DNA from: Phallusia mammillata
Lineage: Eukaryota
Direction of reading: 5' to 3'
DNA: 64,000 nt
Assembly: GCA_965637545.1 (NCBI GenBank)
Contig: OZ281498.1
Location: 21,080,001-21,144,000 of the forward strand
In this document: one piece after another, positions 50,801 to 58,873 of the stretch
Position numbering within the stretch: position 1 is the stretch's first letter
Layout of the letters: each line of letters opens with the position of its first letter
Notes under the pieces: generated by a model
The model's input: only the letters and a program-made list of their open reading frames with translations
Told to the model about the DNA's origin: nothing
Databases searched by the model: none
Translations under genes and position numbers: made by a program

Positions 50801-53800
50801 CCTACGTCAGATGCTGTCGCACCCAAAAGACCCTCTAGATGCTACTGCAACTAGGGGTGTGGTGTATGCTATACCGTGCGGGGAGTGTGACGAAATATAC
50901 ATCGGTGAGACTGGTAGAAGTCTAAATACGCGCCGGAAGGAGCACGAAAGGGATGTGTGCAAGAATGATGCGAAGAAATCAGCGTTGGCAAACCATGCAA
51001 CGACTCACCACCACAGCATTAATTTTTCCGCTGCTCAGGTGTTGGTGAAGGAAACTGATTACCACAAGCGAAGTTTCCTAGAGTCTTGGAACATCCATTC
51101 ACGCGCCAACACAATGAACGTTAAAACAGATGTTCTAATGCCGATAAATTATCGGTCGCTTTTACACCACTGAGCTTGTTTTATCTCTACGGTGGTGCGA
51201 GTTTGCAGCGCGCGATCTTGTTATCGCTGTTTTATATGTGTGTGTTTTGCATTTTGTCGCTTTAAAAGACATTCGTCTTGCAAGTTATGTCATTATCCTG
51301 ATGAAGGCGTCTTGTATAGGACGTCGAAACGTCGATTGTTTACAATAAAAACTGCTGGATGAGCAATACTTGGTCTAATACTGGCTGAATGTAACTTCTT
51401 AAGTCAGAAACTATATGGAAAATTGATGGACGAAATAGGCTGTAAATTTAATTTTTAACATTTTAGTGAACAACCACAGCACCCTAATGCAGTTGAAGAA
51501 CAACGTCCGCCTGTCGGTCCAAGGCTCGAAGTTCAGCGCGGAAATTCACCTCAAATCGCCGCAGTCCGTCCAAATAATTCCCGAGGTCAGTAAGGCGGGT
51601 GATAGCAAAACGGCGACGGCTTCTACCATAACGCATAACAAAATAAAATACAATCGCCGTATATCATCCACCCGAATTAGAAACACTTTTACAAGTAAAT
51701 CTCAATATGTCATCGTTGCGGGCTTAGTAGACAAATAACAATAGTAGGAACTACGTGAAACTCTAAAATAGATTTAATGAGGCGTGTGTTAAAGGTCAGT
51801 TTCGTTTGAAATGCGTCCATGATTCTTATTACACCATTGAATATTGTGTTGTTAACATACTTTATTTTGGTTCATCCAAAAATAAAGAAGTCACATGACG
51901 TTTCGATGTCCTATAAGGGGGTTCTTTATCAGTGTAGTTTATTACACCATTGTTTGAGAACGCAACTCATATCAAAGCCAACCTTAGTCAAAATGAACAT
52001 CAATTTATAGCTGGGATCAGCCCTGAAGCGTTCGTGCAGACCAGCGATCAAGGCATATTCATATTGAAGGCGTAATAAATCTAACCCGCGGTGGGATTCG
52101 AACCCACGACTGGAGCCTTTTTGAGATTTTTCTAGCCTTTGCCTTCATATTGGAATGCTTGGTGACCAGCTAATTCGATATTTCGCCTTCAATAAGGCTG
52201 GCGTATACTATGGTATATCTGGTACACAACATATAACGACCACAACTTGTAACTTAGTAACCATTCTTGATTGTTTAGATTCAAAACGAGTATCTCGCGA
52301 ACTTTCGGCGCTACGCAAACAATTACTGAGCGAACAACGACGAATAGAAAACCAGCTTCGTGCTTCGGACGTTCCCGCTCAAATGTCAAATTACCAGCCT
52401 CGCATGTAAGTATGGTAAAAAGTGCAAGTCTGGACTATAAACTGCAAGTGTTCTTTTAGACTGTTATGACGTCACTAACGCACGTAGATTATGATGTAAC
52501 AATATAATAGTCTAGCTTTTTTGTTGTCTTAAATTTTAGTATTTTGTAATTGATTCCCAATGGGACAAAATTTAGCAACTTAGACAAACACAGTTAATGA
52601 CGTCATAAGTAAATGATTGTGACGTCACAGGCGACCGGAAACGTTGGTCGATCTTTCTATGAGCAAACAGAGGCCGGTTCAAGTACGACGACCTCCGACC
52701 TCGGATCGCCCAAGTTCCAAAGCTTTGAGGGAATTTTCCGATTTCAAACACAGGTAAGTTTGGGGATTACACCCAACTTAGACTTGTCAAAACCAGAGTT
52801 TTTCAGTTCACTGGACCTGACCTAAAGTCAAACAGCCGTAAAACGCCTTGTTCGAGACCAATTCTGTTTATTGTCTTGGTCTTTTCTGAGGCTTCAAGTA
52901 TAGGCCTGTCAATCAAACTTTCGGGCCTAAACGGGCTTCTTAAAAACGAATTGGGTTCGGGCTCCAATTTTAGGCCCGTTCATACTTATGATTGGCAAGT
53001 GATGTTTGTTCTGATTTTAAAATAAATAAAAAACTGTTTGGAAATAAAATCCGCTGCAAGAGCAACTAAACTTACACAAAACTGCTTTATTTGCGCAAAA
53101 AAGTTACGATACGCGACAAAATTTCCCCGCAGGTGTATAACAGTTGTAATTTTCGTCCTAAATACGAATTTGTTTAAGTTTCTTATGATAATAAACTTTT
53201 ACACGGCCATGTAAGCCAGTCATCCATTTTTCCAACTATTACCGATTTGAAACGGTTTTATTGTAACCAATGCATTATTAAACTCACAGACAGGACGATA
53301 CTACGTCACTTAAGATGTTTCGTCTGGATCATCCGGAAACTCCCGACAACTCTAGCGCCCTCGAACGACAGCAGGAAGATCTCATTCGTACTCAGTTAAA
53401 GAAGATAGAAACATTACGGTTCGTTTTGAACATCAAAAGTTTTTTTAAAAACGATCTTTTACACGTCAAACTGTTTGCTCGACTGGCCAATACAATGACG
53501 TCACACATGCATTACGTCATTCGTTTTCCATAAAAATATAAGATATAAATGAATAGCTGGGTTTGGCCCTTAAGCGTCAATGCAGACCAGGCAACGGTGC
53601 TTGTGATTCAACTTTCGGCGGGTTCTCCATTGAGCCTGTGTAGCTCAGTTGGTGAAGCATGAGTCCCGGAAAGACTCCAGTCGTCGGTTCGAATCCCACC
53701 GCATGCTAGATTTTTCTAGCGTACACTTTGCCATATGTTGGTGAATGCTTGGTGACCGGCTGATTCGGTATGACGCCTTCAATGGGCCCGGCGTACTATG

Positions 53801-55503
53801 ATTCCTTAAAAATGTTAGTGTTTTTGTTTGATAGGAGCGGGTCGAATCCACCACATTTCAGCAAGAGGACGCCCACTAACGATAGCAGGAATGGCTTCAC
53901 CTTAATCGTAAGTTGTATTTTCAATTGAAACCATATGGTGTTTGAATCCAGAACATTATCCTTGTTTTGTAACCGAATTGTTCGCAACCACACGTGGCAA
54001 GGATCAAAGTATGTTTTAAGCTTGCAAACCGTATATAATATTAATTGTGAAAAAACGGCCCAAATAGACGTAAAAAGCGACATGCTTCATATTTCAAGAG
54101 TCTTGACAAATGCTTCATCACTGATATGAAGGCATGAGCAATTGCCAAAACGTTTGAAATATAAAGCATGTCACTTGTTACTTCTATTTGTGCCGTTATT
54201 TCCCCATTAAACCTACGAAACAGATCCGTATATATATATAGTGTTCCAACGTGTTTAATATTTTGTGATAATTTGGAAACATTAATCTGACCAATCACAA
54301 CAGCCTCCCGAATCACGTGCTTCACTGCTGGACGCCGACACAGCGTACATCCCAATTCCCGATGACGCAGACTCGAGACCGCCCAGCGCCCGAACTCCTG
54401 TAATCAGGGGCAGGTAAGGCTGCTTTGAGACTACATAATTAACCTCAGAATATTTTCTGATCTTTGCCTTTACATTTTGTCAGGAAATCCTCGGCAAGGG
54501 AGCGCAGGCGCCAACATAAGCAGAGTGATGTAAGTATAACCACACACGTCATACACAGTGACGTCATCACACCAGTGTATGACGTCTTACTTTTTGACGT
54601 CAAAAAATCTAAAAATTTGGAGTGTTACGTATGACGTCATAATTTTTTACACGTTGTTCATGACGTATATAGAATGACGAAGGAGTGACGTACAGAGCGG
54701 CGGATACGTACTCGCTTAACTCGCTCAACTCTCTCGCAACTCTTGATGTGGATCGGCTTGCGAACAAGAACCAGGACAGACTCGACAAACTGAAAGCGCT
54801 GCAAGGTAAAACCTAATAGTTCCGACTTTACCATATTTGCACGCTAATTCCATTTTGTGCAGGAAGTAAGTGCTAATTTAGTTCATGAGGCAAACTATAG
54901 TTGTGGATTTTAGGCTACAATTCTGTATGTAATATACAAGTAAATCCATAAAAACGCCGACAATGGTCAGTGATATTTGCCGGAAGTCAAGCAGTTAGTT
55001 ACCGTTGGCTTGATTCGAATTGCTAGACACGCAATATTGCAGGTTGGGTAGCTCGCTTTTCTTGTGACTAGGGTATTAAGACGTGCGTGTTAACAGCACT
55101 ACTTGGAGCATTGGTTCTCAACCTTTTTTGCTCTGCGGTCCCCTTTAGACGTTTACTAACACAATGTGACCCCTTCACAAACTAATGTAACGAGTTTTAC
55201 AACCAGAATGTGTTTATCATATGTTTACTTTTAAACGTCGCTGTAACAGTTAGGCTTTGTGCTTCACAAAAACCACTTAAAAAAACTTATGTTTTGAACC
55301 CAGGCGACGAGGTGTCTCTCACTGACCCTGACGACATTCTCGATCGATTTGTGAATCAGCAAAGATCAGAAATCCCTGAAACCCCAGATGGACTTCCCCG
55401 CGGTCGACCCAGGCAGGCGGCGTCGGTTGGGGCCAGGGAACGTCCACCGTCGGTCAACACGCTGGACACCGAGCTATGGATGCGTCCAGGCACGACCACG
55501 TGA
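32827..55503 (+). CDS. CSPP1: Centrosome and spindle pole-associated protein 1, about 1243 aa, 30 coding exons: 32827-32973, 33637-33807, 34964-35110, 35931-36113, 37465-37586, 38964-39038, 39931-40093, 40554-40680, 41284-41392, 41722-41779, 42271-42383, 42577-42693, 43250-43428, 43772-43832, 44556-44670, 47098-47245, 47835-47971, 48632-48751, 49121-49270, 49838-49978, 50044-50132 (alt donor 50117), 51467-51585, 52279-52405, 52631-52753, 53290-53418, 53835-53907, 54304-54413, 54484-54529, 54673-54805, 55304-55503
   Basis: Motifs matching recalled human CSPP1: [33 protein letters not shown]|[82 protein letters not shown]. The exon chain is GT-AG and phase-consistent (3732 nt); individual boundaries may differ. 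Confidence 0.9.
34146..34894. mobile_element. Tc1/mariner (pogo/Tigger-like) MITE, 749 bp
   Basis: TA|CCGTAATTTTCC ... GGAAAATTACGG|TA. Confidence 0.88.
36408..36646. mobile_element. Degenerate hAT-type MITE
   Basis: CAGTGGTTCTTAAC left end; GGTTGAGAATCTCT decayed right end; internal GGCCCA motifs. Confidence 0.5.
39649..39860. mobile_element. Degenerate pogo-like MITE
   Basis: CCGTATTTTCTCGATTGTATA ... AAATACAG|TA. Confidence 0.5.
45179..45775. mobile_element. hAT-type MITE (597 bp)
   Basis: CAGCGGTTCCCAAAC / GTTTGGGAACAGCCG; perfect TSD ATGTAGTA. Confidence 0.88.
47522..47731. mobile_element. hAT-type MITE, same family as 32558-32731
   Basis: Shared CACCGGTT.TATAGAAC..TCTCACGAAATTTTAT body and AATCCCACCACTG end; TSD GGTACATA/GGTACAAT. 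Confidence 0.8.
50273..50314 (-). ncRNA. Second hammerhead copy in the inverted pseudo-LTR
   Basis: Reverse complement of the above with one C-to-T change at the base of stem II (GACGTT-GAAAC). Confidence 0.72.
51295..51336 (+). ncRNA. Minimal type I hammerhead ribozyme in the Penelope pseudo-LTR
   Basis: ATC-CTGATGA-A-GGCGTC-TTGTATAG-GACGTC-GAAAC-GTC-GAT: complete core, 6-bp stem II, palindromic ACGT stem III, predicted cleavage after 51333. Confidence 0.8.
52080..52210. mobile_element. tRNA-derived SINE with an inverted head fragment
   Basis: B-box arm GTGGGTTCGAATCCCAC on the minus strand, joined to a plus-strand body GAATGCTTGGTGACCAGCT...CGCCTTCAAT. Confidence 0.7.
53634..53800 (+). 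mobile_element. tRNA-derived SINE (head resembles tRNA-Lys)
   Basis: A box TAGCTCAGTTGG (53641), B box GGTTCGAATCC (53686), GAGTC/GACTC stem; body shared with copies at 52.1 and 56.0 kb. Confidence 0.78.
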
Positions 55504-56024
55504 TCAAATGACGTCATGGGGTTTTGTGACGTGTCACTTTTCTTTATCTAACCCTATGTTGCTTGCTTAAAGCTTTATTGTACTAGATAGCGCGTTAACT
55601 GCATTTTCACCAAGAAGCTGTACGACGTTTCACGATTCTGTGTACATCGGGTGTTTATCGGTTCTTTTGCGGGAAATCCAGCCTCTGATCTCAGCAAAAT
55701 TAACCTATATTGATAGACTTTGGACGTGCCAGAAGTTAATGACGTCACTGGCAGCACTGTGACTACTTAAAGTTTTTGTTTATGACGTCATTTGAATACA
55801 TGAAGTTGCCGCGCGTGCTTAATATTAATATTAGACACAAAATGCGTTTGACACAGTTGTATGCAACCATAACGTGTGTTTAGAAAACCTAATGTATAGA
55901 CGTGTGCGTACAACTTTTTACGTTTTGGAAGAAAATATATATTTTGGGTCGATTGTCAAAAGTTGTATGCTTTGTCGGGAATTTATTCCGAACTGATTGC
56001 AGTTTTTGGGAATTTGTTTTTAGT

Positions 56025-56150
56025 TCACAAGACTCCTGTTGTGGGTTCGAATCCCACCACAGGCAAGATTTTTCTTGCCTACTCCTTGCCATATGGGAAT
56101 GCTTGATGACCGGCTGATTTGATATCACGCCTTCAATGGGCCTGGTGTTC
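56025..56150 (+). mobile_element. 5'-truncated copy of the same SINE
   Basis: GACTCCTGTTGTGGGTTCGAATCCCACCACAGGC...GAATGCTTGATGACCGGCTG...CGCCTTCAATGGGCC. Confidence 0.75.
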
Positions 56151-56313
56151 TGTTCTGTTTTTAGTTTGAAAATACAAACTTAACAATACATGTTTTGGAG
56201 TTTTGGAGAAAACATGTGGCCCAAATTTTAATAGTGAGAAAATCTACCCACAAAATAAATTTTATTTTTCAAAAAAACACCACAAAATGATTAAACATTC
56301 ACTAAATCAAGTA

Positions 56314-58029
56314 TTAACATGGAACCCATATATTTCCAAATCGATCAGGTCCATCTCTGTGAGGAGCATCCCATGTCCATGGCTCATCTTCAGAATTATA
56401 AGGTTGAAGGGGTAAGCTGTAGGGCAGATAAAACTGTTTCCCAGAGCTTGACATGTTGAGATGAAAATAATTATCAAGGGGGGAACTTTCACTTGTGACC
56501 TTGTTTATTATTGAAGGGATAAAAAGAACACCAAGCTCATAAGACTTAATAGCGAGTTGTGAATTTAATTTTTCTAAGCCACCCCATGCTGCCTTGGATA
56601 GGTTAGCACTGGTAAGCAAAAACCAGGCACTTCTAATGTTGGTTTTGAATGGTGAAATTCTTGTATAGGACTTGATGTGAGGAGACGCCTCAGAGCGACC
56701 ACAGTGTTCTGCCTTCCAATGATGAAAAAACGATTTAAGCCAAGGCTGTTTATGAGCGTTCGCTGAGCTATATGGTAATGATGCCCCAGAAGGGTAACCA
56801 TCCAAACTGCAACGTACGTTATCAACAGTTGGAAAAATTAGCTTTAAATCAGCTTTCTTTACAGCACCAAGTTGATTTTTTCGCTGACAAGCTGACATGC
56901 TTGTAAGCCATTCTCCACACACCCATTTGTCTTTGTTTGGTCCCAATGACCCAATGCTTGAAAACTGACCAATCACAGGCCATGTTGAGTCAACACCTTT
57001 AACATATGTAGTAAGTAGTTTTCGAAGCTTTAAGTGTCCCCATGAATGCAATGATGGCCCAGTATGTCTCCCAGGTACAGATGCGACCAGCAAAACATTT
57101 GCAGATGACATGTCATGTTCCTTAATTAACTCAATCCATGGGCCTAGCTCTTTTTTCTTGTAGGCATTTAGGTATGCTATAAGGCCCTTTTTAAATTCAC
57201 TATCATCTGCATTGGGGTCGGCTTTTGGAAATATAGGACTCATCCATAGACCTTGTGTTCTGTTTCTCCAGTCTTTCTCAACGAGATTGGATGTACTGAT
57301 TACAATTCTCAGTCCTTGCTTGTACAAGAGAAACATCATTTTTGTGTGGTGTGTCCCAAATGGAGGTAGGTCAGCTCTACATAGCTGGATGTTCAAAAAA
57401 GGTGCAGCCTCAGCTTTTAACTTCATATTGTTGCCAGCTTGTTCTCCGTGTACTATTAAAATTGGTTGATCCCTTACTTCTTTGGGATATTGGTCCATCA
57501 ACCATTGGATGTCAATACAGTAGTTAAATTGTGCTGATTTTAGTATTTTTCCAAATTTTGTTGAAAGAATGTCCTTAATACCAATTGATGGTGGGCAAGC
57601 AAATTCCTTTACAGTGGTTGTCGCTAAGTAGTTGAATTTTTTGGGAATATCTTTTACAGTGGTGAGGAGTAAATGATATGGTTCTGATGCATGATAAGCA
57701 GACACTGGGTCCAATGAATTATTTCCAGCACTAGCTTTCAAACGTTTGTTGCTGGATTGTGGACTGTTGTCATCTTCCGAGTTTTTTTCCAGTTTCCTCT
57801 TCCCAGTGTGCGAAAATTCTTTCAAATGCTCTTCATTTTTACGAAAGCATTTGTCACCAAATTTACAAGGGATTTTGGTTTTTGCTTCATTAGTCTCTTC
57901 GTTTCTTAAAATTTTTCTTTTCATTTGCGCTGGGCTCATAAATTTTCGCTTCTTTTCTTTTGAAGGAAGAATACTCTTTTCTTCTTCATCCTCAGAACTT
58001 GATATTGTCCAGCCGTGATGTTTATCCAT
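56314..58029 (-). CDS. TDP1: Tyrosyl-DNA phosphodiesterase 1, intronless, 571 aa, with an N-terminal PBZ zinc finger
   Basis: WTISSSEDEEEK N-terminus, SAQFNYCID, FGTHHTKMM and ASPHIKSY catalytic HxK motifs, GQFSSIGSLG, TSANLSKAAWG, SYELGVLF, PDRFGNIWVP; PBZ KIPCKFGDKCFRKNEEHLKEFSH. Confidence 0.97.
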   Translation of the reverse strand: MDKHHGWTISSSEDEEEKSILPSKEKKRKFMSPAQMKRKILRNEETNEAKTKIPCKFGDKCFRKNEEHLKEFSHTGKRKLEKNSEDDNSPQSSNKRLKASAGNNSLDPVSAYHASEPYHLLLTTVKDIPKKFNYLATTTVKEFACPPSIGIKDILSTKFGKILKSAQFNYCIDIQWLMDQYPKEVRDQPILIVHGEQAGNNMKLKAEAAPFLNIQLCRADLPPFGTHHTKMMFLLYKQGLRIVISTSNLVEKDWRNRTQGLWMSPIFPKADPNADDSEFKKGLIAYLNAYKKKELGPWIELIKEHDMSSANVLLVASVPGRHTGPSLHSWGHLKLRKLLTTYVKGVDSTWPVIGQFSSIGSLGPNKDKWVCGEWLTSMSACQRKNQLGAVKKADLKLIFPTVDNVRCSLDGYPSGASLPYSSANAHKQPWLKSFFHHWKAEHCGRSEASPHIKSYTRISPFKTNIRSAWFLLTSANLSKAAWGGLEKLNSQLAIKSYELGVLFIPSIINKVTSESSPLDNYFHLNMSSSGKQFYLPYSLPLQPYNSEDEPWTWDAPHRDGPDRFGNIWVPC

Positions 58030-58304
58030 TAAAATTTATTCTTTTCAGTTTTTAGAATGACTACAGTATAACATGCTAGAAAAAAGACATATTTTTTAGT
58101 ATTAGACACATATTTCAAGACAAAACACAAGTGAAGAAAAAATGCAATTACACTGTGAGGAAATTTGTCACAATATTTTTTGTTTGGCAAAGTAATTCTG
58201 TATGATAGCAAAACAAATACTAAACACAGTGCACTGTGCCACAAAAAGCAAACCAATATATTTCAACAAAAGTCTGGTTAGCACAAATAATGTATATTTT
58301 ATAG

Positions 58305-58707
58305 TAGTAATGGGACGGGAACCCGGTATCAAATGATTCCAGTGGTATCGATACTCGTACTCGGTATCGAAATATTTTGTCTCAGTTTTCGATACCAACA
58401 TGTGAATACCGAAGGCCGGTGTACACCATAAGAATACAGGTAACTTTATGCCAATATTTGCTTCGGACAGCACAAAATCGGGAAAAAGTTGTGCCAGGTT
58501 ATGTATATATTTCGCTATCATATGGAGATTACATTTTTCTGCATGTGTGTGTGCACGCCTGTACCGTGGCCATTGCAGATAAAATAGCCAGTGATATACA
58601 ACTAAGTACAACACTGTACTTAAGTACTCGGTATCGAAGGTATATACATGTGGTACTCGTACTTGGTATCGGTACTCGCTTCAAAACCTGGTATCATCCC
58701 ATCACTA
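58305..58707. mobile_element. hAT-type MITE (403 bp, TAGTGATGGG termini)
   Basis: TAGTAATGGGA / TCCCATCACTA; perfect TSD TTTTATAG. Confidence 0.92.
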
Positions 58708-58873
58708 TTTTATAGTTTCTTTTTAAAGACACAATGTTTTTAAAATATGTGTCAACAATTTTTGTTTTTGAGGTTCTCAAATCAGACTTGAATCTAAGGC
58801 ATCGAAAAAATAGACAAAATATTTTTTAAACAAAAAACAAACAAACAAATAAAACTTATAAGCAGTAGCAATT

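Larger units (their letters stand above)
50203..51377 (+). mobile_element. Penelope-like element, 5'-truncated, with an inverted 5' pseudo-LTR (50203-50626) and a GIY-YIG endonuclease fragment (50627-51173)
   Basis: [28 protein letters not shown]...SALANH...KRSFLES; 50230-50626 is the reverse complement of about 50983-51378; 14-bp direct repeat ATACTGGCTGAATG at 50189 and 51378. Confidence 0.92.

Noticed and set aside
53634-53707. Functional tRNA gene
   Set aside because: Mismatched acceptor, D and T stems, anticodon loop lacks U33, no poly-T terminator at the expected place, and a body shared with dispersed copies, so it is a SINE head.
53835-53860. B-box-like GGGTCGAATCC
   Set aside because: It falls in a phase-consistent CSPP1 exon (RSGSNPPHF); coincidental.
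58042-58062. ATTCTAAAAACTGAAAAG upstream of TDP1 as a retroposed spliced-leader relic
   Set aside because: Only weak similarity to the recalled Ciona SL in AT-rich sequence, and the species SL is unknown.
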